A stretch of DNA of 64,000 bases from Candidatus Zixiibacteriota bacterium (lineage in GTDB: Bacteria; RBG-13-66-14; B26-G2; WVWN01). The notes beneath the pieces were generated by a model. It made no database searches. It had not been told where the DNA came from and was given only the letters and a program-made list of their open reading frames with translations. Positions 16,780 through 26,753 of this stretch are shown in pieces (position 1 is the first letter of the stretch; each line of letters begins with the position of its first letter). The stretch lies in contig WVWN01000084.1 in assembly GCA_011773985.1 (NCBI GenBank), forward strand, positions 23,738-87,737. The letters are read 5' to 3'. The position numbers and the translations under genes are program-made.

Positions 16780-17748
16780 TCAAATTTCCAAGCCGTACCG
16801 CGAAGCCTCCAGCACGACCATCTTGTCCCAAGGGCCGAGCCTCTCCTCGGCCGTCGTCATAACGGCGCGCGCGCTTATGTCCAGGCCGAAGAGGGCCGCG
16901 GCAAAGGCGTCCGCCTCCGCGGCCTTCGCGCCGGCCACGACGATACCCAAATCCTCGACGTCGTCGTAGCGGTCCCCCCACGACGTGTCGTGCGCGCCGC
17001 CTTCGCGCACGCGCACGGCGTGGAATATTCCCTCGCACACGCCCACTAAGCGGAAGAACGCGCCGTACAGGAGGCAGACGTCCGTTATCGCCTCCGGGAG
17101 GCGCTCGTGGTAGGCGCCGCGGTTCGGCTCGGGTATCAGGCCGAACATGTTCTTCAGCGAAAGGCTGAAGCCGGGAGCCTCTCGCCGAGGGTCCGAGACC
17201 TTAACGCGGGCGAGGCTGACGAGCGGCCGGCCTCGCCACGCCACAAGCTTCTCGGGCAACGCGCCGTACAGCCCGTCGAGCGCGAGTCTCGAGCCGTGGC
17301 CCTCGAGCGCCGCGCGGACCTCATCTTCGGGGACCGCGCGGCCCGCCCACACTTCGTCCGTAACGTTGACGTACGTGACGTCGTCGCGGGCGAGGACGGC
17401 GTCTAGGCCGAAGCGGCGGAGGTACTCCTTCTCCTGTTCCTTAATCCAATCCCAATTCTCGCGGCCGTTATCGGGGGTTATCTCGCGCGAGCCGTCGTTG
17501 CGCTCCGCGGCGTGGCCCTCGACGACGATTTTCTCACCCTCAATAGCGTCGCACGCCAGCGCCAACGTCGCGGCGTCCGTGAACTGGCCCGGGTAGGGGC
17601 TGAACCAATTCACCTTTATTATAGCCGGGCCCTCGGCGACGGCGAGCATCCGGAATAGCTCCCGCAACGGCGCGGCGTCGCGGATGCCCCGCGCGAAATA
17701 GAGGTCCTCCCGGACCTCGTAAACGCGCAGGCCGTCGTAGACCGGCAC
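16780..17748 (-). CDS. Conserved hypothetical protein, DUF362-like (322 aa)
   Basis: Long ORF with normal coding composition, starting 2 nt after the upstream stop. Segments IIKVNWFSPYPG and SLSLKNMFGLIPEP resemble DUF362 motifs; this assignment is from memory and weak. Confidence 0.55.
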   Translation of the reverse strand: MPVYDGLRVYEVREDLYFARGIRDAAPLRELFRMLAVAEGPAIIKVNWFSPYPGQFTDAATLALACDAIEGEKIVVEGHAAERNDGSREITPDNGRENWDWIKEQEKEYLRRFGLDAVLARDDVTYVNVTDEVWAGRAVPEDEVRAALEGHGSRLALDGLYGALPEKLVAWRGRPLVSLARVKVSDPRREAPGFSLSLKNMFGLIPEPNRGAYHERLPEAITDVCLLYGAFFRLVGVCEGIFHAVRVREGGAHDTSWGDRYDDVEDLGIVVAGAKAAEADAFAAALFGLDISARAVMTTAEERLGPWDKMVVLEASRYGLEI

Positions 17749-17750
17749 CG

Positions 17751-18251
17751 CTAGCCCTCTCCCTTCTTTTTGGGCCGGCGACCCCTCTTGGCCTTTTTCT
17801 TTTTGGGCCGCTCCGGCGCCTCCTCACCCGCCTCGGCCTCCGCGGCCACTTTCTCCTTTTCCTCCTCGGCGCCAACCTCCTCGGGCGCGGCCGGCGCCGT
17901 TTCGGCCTCCTCGGCCCCGGGTTCCGCCCCGACTTCGGCCTTTTCTTCCGGGACGCGCTCTTTCTCTTCCGCGGCCGCGGCCCGCCGGCTCTCGTCCACG
18001 AAGTTCAGCTGAAGCTCGGTCACCAGGTTGCTCAAGGTCCGGCGCTCGCGGTCCTTCAAGTTGCCCTCGGTCTTCTTTTGGAACATTATGAGAACGTCAA
18101 TCGTGCCGCGCGCGGCGTCCAGGTCCCGCTCAACTTTTCCCGTAAGGGGGTTGGCGATCTTGCCCATCTGCTGCATCGCCGCGGCGTGGAACGAATACAT
18201 TATGGAAAGGAAAAGGGCCTCGTCCTTATCGAAACTGTTCTCGCCGTTCAT
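17751..18251 (-). CDS. DUF1844 domain protein with low-complexity Glu/Ala/Lys C-terminal tail (166 aa)
   Basis: FLSIMYSFHAAAMQQMGKIANPLTGKVERDLDAARGTIDVLIMFQKKTEGNL matches the DUF1844 pattern. GGGAGG RBS. Confidence 0.75.
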   Translation of the reverse strand: MNGENSFDKDEALFLSIMYSFHAAAMQQMGKIANPLTGKVERDLDAARGTIDVLIMFQKKTEGNLKDRERRTLSNLVTELQLNFVDESRRAAAAEEKERVPEEKAEVGAEPGAEEAETAPAAPEEVGAEEEKEKVAAEAEAGEEAPERPKKKKAKRGRRPKKKGEG

Positions 18252-18454
18252 AGCTACCTCCCGGCATCGTAAGCTTTACGCAACACGGACCGTCGGGCGA
18301 ATACATAGGATTCCCCTCGGCGGGGGACAACGTAACACCGCGCCAGGTTCCTTAGGAATTAATTACCGCGCGGGCGAAGAGGCGACCCGGCTCCAACCGG
18401 CTTGCCCGATTATAACAAAAAATTGGGCGCTCACGCGTAGAACTTCGACGGCGG

Positions 18455-18484
18455 GCAAACGCGAAAGGGCCGCCTTCGCGGCCC
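18455..18484 (-). terminator. Intrinsic terminator downstream of the histone H1-like gene
   Basis: Minus strand reads GGGCCGC-GAAG-GCGGCCC followed by UUUCGCGUUUG. Confidence 0.5.
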
Positions 18485-18570
18485 CTCGCGGTCCGTTACA
18501 GTCGCCGTTCAGTTCAAGGCGTGACCCGTAAACCCGACCTCTAAGCTGAACCAAGCGCCAGAGGAACGGA

Positions 18571-18777
18571 CTACTTCTTTCTCGTAGCGGCTTTCTTCCT
18601 GGTTGCGGCCTTCTTCCTGGTTGCGGCCTTCTTCCTAGTCGTGGCCTTCTTCCTAGTTGTAGCCTTCTTCCTCGCGGCCGCCTTCCTCTTGGGAGCAGCC
18701 TTCTTCTTAGCTGGCGCCTTCTTCGCGGTCGTCTTCCTTGTGGTCTTTCTCTTAGGGGTGGCCCTCTTCGTGACCAT
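18571..18777 (-). CDS. Lysine/alanine-rich histone H1-like nucleoid protein (68 aa)
   Basis: MVTKRATPKRKTTRKTTAKKAPAKKKAAPKRK... ending in five (R)KKA[A/T]T repeats. RBS GGGGGTGAGAGG. Confidence 0.75.
   Translation of the reverse strand: MVTKRATPKRKTTRKTTAKKAPAKKKAAPKRKAAARKKATTRKKATTRKKAATRKKAATRKKAATRKK
18591..18680 (-). repeat. Five tandem 18-nt coding repeats inside the H1-like gene
   Basis: Plus strand shows CCTTCTTCCT(G/A)GT(T/C)G(C/T)(G/A)G units with 18-nt periodicity, encoding the KKA[A/T]TR repeats. Confidence 0.8.
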
Positions 18778-19022
18778 CCTCTCACCCCCTTCCGCTTTAG
18801 ACGGCGGAGCCGTTTACGCGAGCAAAAGCGCAAACGTCGCCCTTTGGTCCTGGGAGCGCGCCGCGCCGCGTGAGAGATAGCGCCGCGGGCGGCCCGCCTT
18901 TCCCGTTAGCGATTTTCTTCCTAACTGCTCTCCTAAGCAATCGCCCTCTCCTTCACGTACTTCCTCTCAGCCGCCGCCGCGGCCTCGCTTCCCTCTTCTC
19001 GCGCGGGGACGCCCCTTCCCCC

Positions 19023-21551
19023 CTAGCCGCACCTCGTAAACCCGCAGGAACGACACGTCAAACAGCCCTCGGCGATCTCCAAGATGCCGGAGCACTCGGG
19101 GCACTGCGGGCCGACGTTGGCGAGCTCTTTTAACATACGCTCCCGCCGCATGGCCTCCAGCTCCTCCTGGACGGGCTCGGCGTCGAACAGGGGGGTCGTC
19201 TTCGCCCCCATATGGCGCTCGATAACGATGCCGATGGCGTCGGGGCAGCTCAGGATGGCTTCGCCGTTCTGCCACGTCGGCATCGGGCACCGGATCCCGC
19301 GAAGCTGCTTCACTATGGACTTGACCGTTACGCCGGCGCGAAGCGCGAGCGATATCAGGCGCGAGGAGGCCTCGGAATGGGACGAAATGCAGCCGCCGGA
19401 CTTCCCCATCTTGGCGAAGACCTCGCACAGACCTTCCTCGTCCCAATTCAACGTCACGTAGAGGTTGCCGCAACCGGTGGCCACCTTCTCGGTTATGCCG
19501 TGGGTCACGTCGGGCCGGGGCCTGGGCGCCACCCCGACGGGGCGCGCGGGCGCGGCGACCGCGCGCTCCGCCCCCTCGTCGCCGGCGCGGCCCAGGTTCA
19601 ACACCTGCACCGCGCGCGAGCCGTCGCGGTAGATGGTCACGCCCTTGCACCCCAATTCGTACGCCAGCTGGTACGCCCTCTCGACATCCTCGAAGGTAGC
19701 CGAGTTGGGGAAGTTGATCGTTTTGGAGACGGCGTTGTCGGTGTGCTTTTGAAAGGCGGCCTGGATGCGGACGTGCCACTCGGGCGAGACGTCGTGTGCG
19801 GTTACGAAAATACGTTTGAGCTCTTCGGGGACGTCGTCGCGCTTCTGGATCGACTCGCCGCGCGCGAGGCACTCGAACAGGTCCTCGCTCGCGATGCCCG
19901 CCGCCTCCGCGGCCTCCGCGAAGAGCGGGTTCACCTCGACGAGCCTGTCGTCGTCGAGGACGCGGCGGTAGAAACACAGCGCGAATATGGGCTCGATGCC
20001 GCTGGAGGAGCCGGCGATGATACTTATGGTGCCGGTGGGGGCGACGGTCGTCGTCGTGGCGTTGCGCAGGCGAGCACTCCCCGGGCGGTCGTAGATGCTG
20101 CCGCGGAAGTTGGGGAAGACGCCCCGCTCCTCGGCGAGGCGGGCCGAGGCCCGCTTCGACTCGAGGTCGATAAATTCCATAACCTGCTGCGCAACGTCCA
20201 CGGCCTCCTCGGAATCGTACGCTATCCCCAACCTGACGAGGAGGTCCGCGAAGCCCATAACGCCGAGGCCTATTTTCCGGTTGGCTTTCGTATTTTCCTC
20301 GATCTTGGCGAGGGGGTACCGGTTGACGTCGATAACGTTATCGAGGAAGTGGACCGCGGTATGAACGGTCCGCGCGAGCCGCTCCCAATCGACGACCGTA
20401 CGCCCTTTCTCCTCGCGCGCCATCAGCCCCAAGTTGACGGAACCGAGGTTGCACGATTCGTAGGGGAGGAGCGGTTGTTCGCCGCAGGGATTAGTAGACT
20501 CGATATCGCCGACGTGGGGCGTGGGGTTGCCGGCGTTGATGCGGTCGATGAAAATTATGCCGGGCTCGCCGTTGCCGTGGGCCATTTCGACGATCTTGTG
20601 AAAAACCCTCGCCGCGGGCAGCCGGCCCACCTCCTCGCCGGTCCGGGGATTGACGAGGGGGTAGGTATCCTCCGCGGCCAAGGAACGCATAAACGCGTCC
20701 GTCAGCGCGACCGAGATGTTGAAGTTGTTGAGGCGGTTCTCCTCGGCCTTGCAGGTAACGAAGTCCAATACGTCGGGGTGGTCGACGCGCAGGATGCCCA
20801 TATTGGCGCCGCGCCGCGTCCCCCCCTGCTTGATGGCCTCGGTCGCCGCGTCGAAGACTTGCATGAAGGAGATGGGGCCGCTCGAGATGCCCTTGGTGGA
20901 CATGACGACGTCGTTCTTGGGGCGGAGGCGCGAGAAGGAGAAGCCGGTACCGCCGCCGCTCTTGTGGATGAGCGCCGTATCCTTTATGGCCTCGAAGATG
21001 GAATCCATCGAATCCTCGACGGGCAACACGAAGCAAGCCGCAAGCTGGCCCAGCTCGCGCCCCGCGTTCATCAGCGTGGGCGAGTTAGGCAAAAACTCGC
21101 GCCGGGCCATAACGCCGAAGAAGTCACGCGCCACCGCCTCGAGCTGGGCCATGGGATTGTAAATGCGCTCCGCCTCCGCCACGGCCCACGCCACGCGCCA
21201 GAACATCTCGCGCGGCTCCTCGAGCGGGTTCCCCTCTTCGTCGCGGCGCAGGTAGCGGCGCTTTAAAACCTCGAGCGCGTTGCCCGTCAGCTCCACCGCG
21301 GGCTCTTCCCAATCGTCGCCCTCCGCCGGCGGCACGTTGCGCTCCCAGCCTACGTCCGCCTCTTTAACCTTCGTCCTGACGACGCTCTCCAACGCGTCGC
21401 GCCCGAAGTCGCCCAAGTCCTCGAGTTCGTCCAACGTCTCTATGATTATTTTTTCCGCTTGCGACCCGCGGACGCCCATTTCGTTCAAAAGGGCCCGGGC
21501 GCTAAGCCGCGCTCTCACGCGCGCCGACTTCCTTCCCGCTCCTACAACCAT
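19023..21551 (-). CDS. nrdJ: Adenosylcobalamin-dependent (class II) ribonucleoside reductase (842 aa)
   Basis: RNR large-subunit fold motifs ([39 protein letters not shown]) and a C-terminal Cys-rich zinc-ribbon CPECSG...[18 protein letters not shown]. Confidence 0.92.
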   Translation of the reverse strand: MVVGAGRKSARVRARLSARALLNEMGVRGSQAEKIIIETLDELEDLGDFGRDALESVVRTKVKEADVGWERNVPPAEGDDWEEPAVELTGNALEVLKRRYLRRDEEGNPLEEPREMFWRVAWAVAEAERIYNPMAQLEAVARDFFGVMARREFLPNSPTLMNAGRELGQLAACFVLPVEDSMDSIFEAIKDTALIHKSGGGTGFSFSRLRPKNDVVMSTKGISSGPISFMQVFDAATEAIKQGGTRRGANMGILRVDHPDVLDFVTCKAEENRLNNFNISVALTDAFMRSLAAEDTYPLVNPRTGEEVGRLPAARVFHKIVEMAHGNGEPGIIFIDRINAGNPTPHVGDIESTNPCGEQPLLPYESCNLGSVNLGLMAREEKGRTVVDWERLARTVHTAVHFLDNVIDVNRYPLAKIEENTKANRKIGLGVMGFADLLVRLGIAYDSEEAVDVAQQVMEFIDLESKRASARLAEERGVFPNFRGSIYDRPGSARLRNATTTTVAPTGTISIIAGSSSGIEPIFALCFYRRVLDDDRLVEVNPLFAEAAEAAGIASEDLFECLARGESIQKRDDVPEELKRIFVTAHDVSPEWHVRIQAAFQKHTDNAVSKTINFPNSATFEDVERAYQLAYELGCKGVTIYRDGSRAVQVLNLGRAGDEGAERAVAAPARPVGVAPRPRPDVTHGITEKVATGCGNLYVTLNWDEEGLCEVFAKMGKSGGCISSHSEASSRLISLALRAGVTVKSIVKQLRGIRCPMPTWQNGEAILSCPDAIGIVIERHMGAKTTPLFDAEPVQEELEAMRRERMLKELANVGPQCPECSGILEIAEGCLTCRSCGFTRCG

Positions 21552-21664
21552 AACGTTGCTACTTCCTTTATCATGCGCGCCCTTCGGTTTGTTTGTCGGC
21601 GCCGTTAAAGCTCCAACGAATAAACCTCACAACAGATTACTACAAAGTAGCATAGTCTGCTTAA

Positions 21665-21717
21665 ATCCCATATATCGTATGCTCATATATTTTACACCAC
21701 AACATGTTGGGTGTCAA
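21665..21717 (-). promoter_or_regulatory. nrdJ promoter with two NrdR-box-like palindromes
   Basis: Minus strand reads TTGACA-N17-TAAAAT (-35 at 21712-21717, -10 at 21689-21694). The perfect palindrome CAACATGTTG (21700-21709) sits in the spacer. A second AT-core box, ATACGATATATGGGAT (21665-21680), is centred 32 bp downstream. Confidence 0.55.
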
Positions 21718-21945
21718 GTAAAAAATTTAGGCCGCAGTCGGCGCCGGCCGCATTTTTGGCCCCGACGCGCCGACCACTTTCCCCGGCCGCCCTAATTAAT
21801 TGGGAATATAACAATTTGCACAAAACTTATAATAGCCGCCCGCCTTCCCGGCGCGCGCCGCCCTGCCGGTCGAACGCGCCACCCCATCCTTTACCGCGCG
21901 CCTTCGCCCGTTGACCCGAATTTGCAGCTTAAAAGCGCGCCGAAT

Positions 21946-22407
21946 CTACGGCCCGCCGGCGGCCCCCCTCCTCGCCCTATCCCACTTCGCCTCGGCGTCG
22001 ATGGCCAGCTCGAGCGAGCTCGGGTCCCCCGGCGGGGTACGAAGGCCCTCGACGTGGAGCGCCATGGCCTCCGCGGCCAACCGGCACCGCCCCGCCAACT
22101 CCTCGCCGCCGCCCGCTCGGGCCGCGAGGTCTTCGAAATCCTTTTGGAAACCCTCGAACGTCGCCGCGAGCTCTTCGTGCGGGGTGTTCGTCACGTCGTG
22201 GCCTTTCCGGTACGCGTCCACCTCCGCGGCCTTGGCCTCGAACGCGCCGCGCAGATCATCCGCCGGCGCCGCGGCCTCCGCCGCCTCGGCCGGCATCGCG
22301 GTCTCTTCCGCCGGCGCCGCCTCCTCCGCCTTTTTACCGCACCCTGCGCAGAGGATAAACGCGACGAAAGATAAAACCGGGCCTCTCGATTTTTGGAACT
22401 TGTTCAC
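21946..22407 (-). CDS. Hypothetical lipoprotein (153 aa)
   Basis: Signal peptide with lipobox-like FILCAGCGKK, followed by an Ala/Glu-rich helical protein. No recognisable family. Confidence 0.6.
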   Translation of the reverse strand: MNKFQKSRGPVLSFVAFILCAGCGKKAEEAAPAEETAMPAEAAEAAAPADDLRGAFEAKAAEVDAYRKGHDVTNTPHEELAATFEGFQKDFEDLAARAGGGEELAGRCRLAAEAMALHVEGLRTPPGDPSSLELAIDAEAKWDRARRGAAGGP

Positions 22408-22555
22408 CTCGCACCTCCTGGGGTCGTTGGCTCGCGCATTTTTAACATAAAGGTTACCGCTTTACAAGACGCAAACGCCGCAACGCAAATTAAAACGTTA
22501 CGCGCCCGAGATATTTGTTATAATACGGCAAGACGTGCGAGGAAGGAGGTCCGGG

Positions 22556-23911
22556 TTGATTCCGCGGAACATATTTCGCGAATACGACATCCGCGGCACC
22601 GTCGGCGACGAGTTGACCGACGACGCCGTTGGCGCCATAGGCCGCGGCATCGGAACGCACTTCGCGCGACGCGGGAAAAAAACGGCGCTCGTCTGCCGCG
22701 ACAATCGTTCCTCGAGCGAAGGCTTCGCGGCGCTCGTGTCGGAGGGGTGCCGGGCATCGGGCGTCGACGTCGTCGACCTCGGCATGGCGCCGACGCCCGC
22801 TTTTTACTACGCGACGCGCCACTACGCGCCGGGCGAGGGCGGCGTCATGGTCACGGGCAGCCACAACCCGCCCCAGTTCAACGGCTTCAAGATAAGCTGC
22901 GGGGAAGGGACCATCTACGGCCGCGAGATCGGGCGCATCGCCGAGATCGTGGAGGAGGGCGACTTCGCGACGGGAAAAGGGTCCTACCGCAAACGCGACG
23001 TACTCGACGATTACCGCGGCGCGCTGTTGGCCCGCGTCGAAATCGCGCGTCCCGTGAAGGTCGTGGCCGACGCCGGCAACGGTACCGCGGGCCTCCTCGT
23101 ACCGGACCTCTTAAGGGACGCCGGCTGCGAGGCGGAAGGGCTGTTCTACGAGCTGGACGGCACGTTCCCCAACCACTGGCCGGACCCGACGATTCCCGAG
23201 AACATGGAGGCGCTAATAGCGCGGGTCCGCGAGACGGGGGCCGCGGCCGGCGTAGCGTTCGACGGCGACGCGGACCGCATCGGCGCGGTCGACGACCGCG
23301 GCCGCATCATATGGGGTGATAAACTGCTGGCGCTCTACGCCGCGCCCGTGCTCGCGGCCCATCCCGGCGCCAAAATAATTTTCGAGGTAAAATGCTCGCA
23401 GGCGCTGGGCGAGGAAATCTTGGCGCGGGGGGGCACGCCCATAATGTGGAAGACGGGCCACTCGTTGATCGAGGCGAAAATGCGCGAAGAGGGCGCCCTG
23501 CTCGCGGGCGAGATGAGCGGCCACATATACTTCGCCGACCGCTACTTCGGCTACGACGACGCCCTCTACGCCGCGCTGCGCCTCGCCGAACTCATCGCAA
23601 ACGCGGACGTGTCCCTCAGCGAAATGGCGGACCGGATCCCCGACCACTACGCCACGCCCGAAATCCGCGTGGACTGCCCCGACGACTTCAAGTTTCGCGC
23701 CGTCGAGGCGATAAAGAAGCGCTTCGCCGACCACGAGATAATCGACGTCGACGGCGCGCGTATCATCTTCGAGGAGGGCTGGGGCCTCGTCCGGGCCTCC
23801 AATACGCAACCCGCGCTCGTACTCCGTTTCGAGGCGAAAACGGAAGCGGCGCGGGACCGAATCCGGGCCGAGGTCGAAAACGCGGTCGCGGAAATATTGG
23901 CCTCGCCTTGA
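22556..23911 (+). CDS. Phosphomannomutase/phosphoglucomutase (alpha-D-phosphohexomutase family)
   Basis: IFREYDIRG, active-site TGSHNPPQFNGFK, metal loop FDGDADR and GEMSGH. The preferred start is TTG 22556, 6 nt after GGAAGGAGG; the ORF is open from GTG 22535. An extended -10 (TGTTATAAT) lies at 22516-22524. Confidence 0.9.
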   Translation: MIPRNIFREYDIRGTVGDELTDDAVGAIGRGIGTHFARRGKKTALVCRDNRSSSEGFAALVSEGCRASGVDVVDLGMAPTPAFYYATRHYAPGEGGVMVTGSHNPPQFNGFKISCGEGTIYGREIGRIAEIVEEGDFATGKGSYRKRDVLDDYRGALLARVEIARPVKVVADAGNGTAGLLVPDLLRDAGCEAEGLFYELDGTFPNHWPDPTIPENMEALIARVRETGAAAGVAFDGDADRIGAVDDRGRIIWGDKLLALYAAPVLAAHPGAKIIFEVKCSQALGEEILARGGTPIMWKTGHSLIEAKMREEGALLAGEMSGHIYFADRYFGYDDALYAALRLAELIANADVSLSEMADRIPDHYATPEIRVDCPDDFKFRAVEAIKKRFADHEIIDVDGARIIFEEGWGLVRASNTQPALVLRFEAKTEAARDRIRAEVENAVAEILASP

Positions 23912-23936
23912 AAGGGCGGCGCCTGAAAATTTTTAC

Positions 23937-23965
23937 TTGACAGGTCTTCTTATAACGTCTATTAT
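23937..23965 (+). promoter_or_regulatory. Sigma70-type promoter of the C25 peptidase gene
   Basis: TTGACA-N17-TATTAT. Confidence 0.6.
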
Positions 23966-24058
23966 ATAAGGGAAGTTTGTCGCCGATTGGCAGGTCGTCG
24001 GCGGTTAGGATAGATTACTTAAACTAAGCAAAACACCTTAACGAAAGGGAGAAAGCAC

Positions 24059-26686
24059 ATGAGAAAACCGTTAACGTTATTGGCAGGCTTGGTAATTGTA
24101 GCTTGCTCCTTCGCGTCGGCGGAGACGGTAACCCTCGCCGGGACCGGGTCGCCGACCCCCACCGCGAAAGTCGTCTTGGATACGGCGACCGAGACGGTGA
24201 TAACCTTCTCGCTAAGCGGCTTCGTACGTGAGAGGGAGACGGCCGAGGGCGTCGCGTACGACCGCATTAAGCTCGAGGGCCGGGGCACCACGGAAGAAAT
24301 AGGATTCCCGGAACTCCCCGCGGTACACGAGACGGTAATGATCCCGGGCCACCGTAAGGCGCGCGTAGAAGTCGTCAAATGGGAAGAGGTAACGCTGGGC
24401 GGATACAAAATCTGGCCGTTCCAAACGCCGGCTACGGACATCGATTACGAGCTGCCGTTCGTCCGCAACGAAGGATATTACGCGGGTGCCGCCACGTACC
24501 CCGCCAAAAGGGTGGAACTCGGGACGCCGGCGATATTCCGCGATATTCGCGTGATCCCGCTGAGCCTGTACCCGTTCCGGTGGAACGCGGCTAGCGAGGA
24601 GCTCACGGTCGCGACGAAAATAACGGTCAAGTTCCGCTACTACGGCCAGGACGACGTCAACACGCTGAACGTCACCGGCTACCGCGACGCCGACTTCGAA
24701 CCGCTCTACCGGTCAACGGTGATCAACTATAAACCCGGCCTACGCAGTGACGGCGGGGGCAACCTGGAGTACCCGGAAATACTCTTCATCTGCTACCCCG
24801 ACTACAAAGACGAAGCGGAACCGCTGGCCGAATTCTACAATAAGATGGGTGTTTACACCGTAGTAGTTACTACGAACGAAACGGGGACGACCAAAGAAAG
24901 CATCAAGAACTACATCCAGCAGACCTATAACAAATCCTCGCCCGCGGTGCTCAAATACGTGCTGCTCGTGGGCGACATCGATTACGTAGCCGCGGGCTAC
25001 TGGCCCGGCTATAGCATGGTAGCCGATTACTGGTACTCCTGCTTGACGGGGGGCCAACCGGACCCCTACCCGGACGTCAACGTGGGCCGCTTCAGCACCA
25101 AAGACGCGGCCAAGGTTACGTACTTCGTCGATAAAACCATCAAATATCAGAAAGACCCGGACCTGAGCAACGACTGGCTCAACAATGCGATGCTCTGCGC
25201 CCACTACCAAGGTTCCCCCGGCAAATACGAAGGCTGCTGCGAAGAGGTCGCGTCCTACCCTTACTCTAAATTCAAACCTAACTTCATAAAAATATACGGC
25301 TCGCAAGGGAAACGGAATACGGACGTCAGCAATACCATAAACGCCGGCGTGAATATCGCCTCCTACCGCGGCCACGGTAGCGCGACCGCTTGGACCGGTT
25401 GGAATTATTACAACGAATATTACACCACGGGTTACGTGCACGGCCTCGCCAACGGCGACAAGACGTCCGTCTGGCTCAACATCTGCTGCCTGAACGGCAA
25501 CTTCGCCTACGGCGCGGAGTGCTTCATCGAATCGAACCTGAACGCCACGGGCAAGGCCGGCGTGGCTTCCAACAGCGCCTCCGACCCCTCCTATACGATC
25601 CCCAACCACGACTACATGAAAGAGATGTACAAAGCCATCTACGACCAGGGCATACTGAACGTCGGCCGCGTCTCGAACTACGGCAACACGAGGCTCATCC
25701 AGATTTACGGGCCGTACAGCGTTTACATGAAGAACGTTTACATGTATATGTGGAACGGCGACCCGTTCACCAAGATCTGGATGAAAAAGCCGGAACTACA
25801 GTTGAAGGCCATACACGAGACGAAGTTCACGCCGGGCCCGGGTCGCGTTTTCCTGGTTCAGGTCAGCGACGGCACGCGGGGGCCGGTAGAGGGCGCGCTC
25901 GTAGGGCTTTACAAGAAAGACGACATATACTGCGCCGGCAAGACCAACAGCGAAGGCAAAACCGACCTCATCCCCATCCCGAAAGTAGGCACGGGCGGAA
26001 CGATGTACGTCACGGTCACGAAAGACGGCTACCTCAGCTATTGGGGCGAATGCACGGTTGAGCCTACGCAGGACGTCAAGATAACGAACTTCGCAGCTCG
26101 CAGAGCCGAGGGCGGCGTACGGCTTTCGTGGAGCGCGCAGCACGACGGCGAGCTCGTCGGCTTCAACCTCCATCGTCTCGAAGTTCGCGAGGAGGCGAGC
26201 GTAGACTCCTTCGCCGGCGGCGGCGTCGCCGCGGCCGAGGAAGCGTCGTGGGTAAAAATTAACGACGAGTTGATCGTGGGCCGCGGGCCGTACGAATATA
26301 TAGACGGCGTCGACGAAGGCAAGTATCGCTATAAATTGGAAGCGGTCACGCGGGGCGACCCGATAATGGTCGGGCCCATCAGCATCGACGTCAAAGTGGC
26401 CCCGAAGGCGTTCGTCCTGACCCAGAATTATCCGAACCCGGCTAACGTATCGACCAACATCAGCTTCGGCCTCCCCGTAACCACCGACAATATTAAATTA
26501 AACGTCTACGACCTCGCCGGCCGCCAAATCAAAACGTTCGACGTGGGGACGCGTTCACCCGGCGTCGAAACGATAACCTGGGACCTCACCGACAACGCCG
26601 GGCGACACGTCCCCGCGGGCGTCTACATCTACCGCCTCGACACGCCGAAATTCTCCGCGACGAAGCGTATGGTCGTCGTACGCTAG
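24059..26686 (+). CDS. Gingipain-like cysteine peptidase (family C25) with T9SS C-terminal sorting domain (875 aa)
   Basis: Signal peptide, then a C25-propeptide-like N-terminus. Peptidase core has YVLLVGDIDYV, SYRGHGSATAW (His) and NICCLNGNF (Cys). The CTD is QNYPNPANVSTNISF...LNVYDLAGRQI...GVYIYRL...KRMVVVR. Confidence 0.85.
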   Translation: MRKPLTLLAGLVIVACSFASAETVTLAGTGSPTPTAKVVLDTATETVITFSLSGFVRERETAEGVAYDRIKLEGRGTTEEIGFPELPAVHETVMIPGHRKARVEVVKWEEVTLGGYKIWPFQTPATDIDYELPFVRNEGYYAGAATYPAKRVELGTPAIFRDIRVIPLSLYPFRWNAASEELTVATKITVKFRYYGQDDVNTLNVTGYRDADFEPLYRSTVINYKPGLRSDGGGNLEYPEILFICYPDYKDEAEPLAEFYNKMGVYTVVVTTNETGTTKESIKNYIQQTYNKSSPAVLKYVLLVGDIDYVAAGYWPGYSMVADYWYSCLTGGQPDPYPDVNVGRFSTKDAAKVTYFVDKTIKYQKDPDLSNDWLNNAMLCAHYQGSPGKYEGCCEEVASYPYSKFKPNFIKIYGSQGKRNTDVSNTINAGVNIASYRGHGSATAWTGWNYYNEYYTTGYVHGLANGDKTSVWLNICCLNGNFAYGAECFIESNLNATGKAGVASNSASDPSYTIPNHDYMKEMYKAIYDQGILNVGRVSNYGNTRLIQIYGPYSVYMKNVYMYMWNGDPFTKIWMKKPELQLKAIHETKFTPGPGRVFLVQVSDGTRGPVEGALVGLYKKDDIYCAGKTNSEGKTDLIPIPKVGTGGTMYVTVTKDGYLSYWGECTVEPTQDVKITNFAARRAEGGVRLSWSAQHDGELVGFNLHRLEVREEASVDSFAGGGVAAAEEASWVKINDELIVGRGPYEYIDGVDEGKYRYKLEAVTRGDPIMVGPISIDVKVAPKAFVLTQNYPNPANVSTNISFGLPVTTDNIKLNVYDLAGRQIKTFDVGTRSPGVETITWDLTDNAGRHVPAGVYIYRLDTPKFSATKRMVVVR

Positions 26687-26703
26687 TAGAACCCACACCT
26701 AAA

Positions 26704-26736
26704 CAAAAAGCCCCGGCTTCCGCCGGGGCTTTTCAT
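26704..26736. terminator. Bidirectional intrinsic terminator between the C25 peptidase gene and pyrC
   Basis: AGCCCCGGC-TTCC-GCCGGGGCT hairpin flanked by AAAAA and TTTCATT. Confidence 0.7.
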
Positions 26737-26753
26737 TCACCCTGCTCCGAACC

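Noticed and set aside
18591-18680. Regularly spaced 18-nt repeats, and the hexanucleotide repeats at 51734-51778, considered as a possible CRISPR or other non-coding array.
   Set aside because: There are no spacers. The repeats are directly tandem, in frame, and encode Lys/Ala and Cys/Ala peptide repeats within well-supported ORFs.
21552-21690. The 5-prime UTR of nrdJ (about 130 nt), considered as a cobalamin riboswitch.
   Set aside because: I could not find the B12-box or the conserved core. Class II RNR uses B12 as a cofactor and is not typically riboswitch-repressed. NrdR-type boxes explain the region better.
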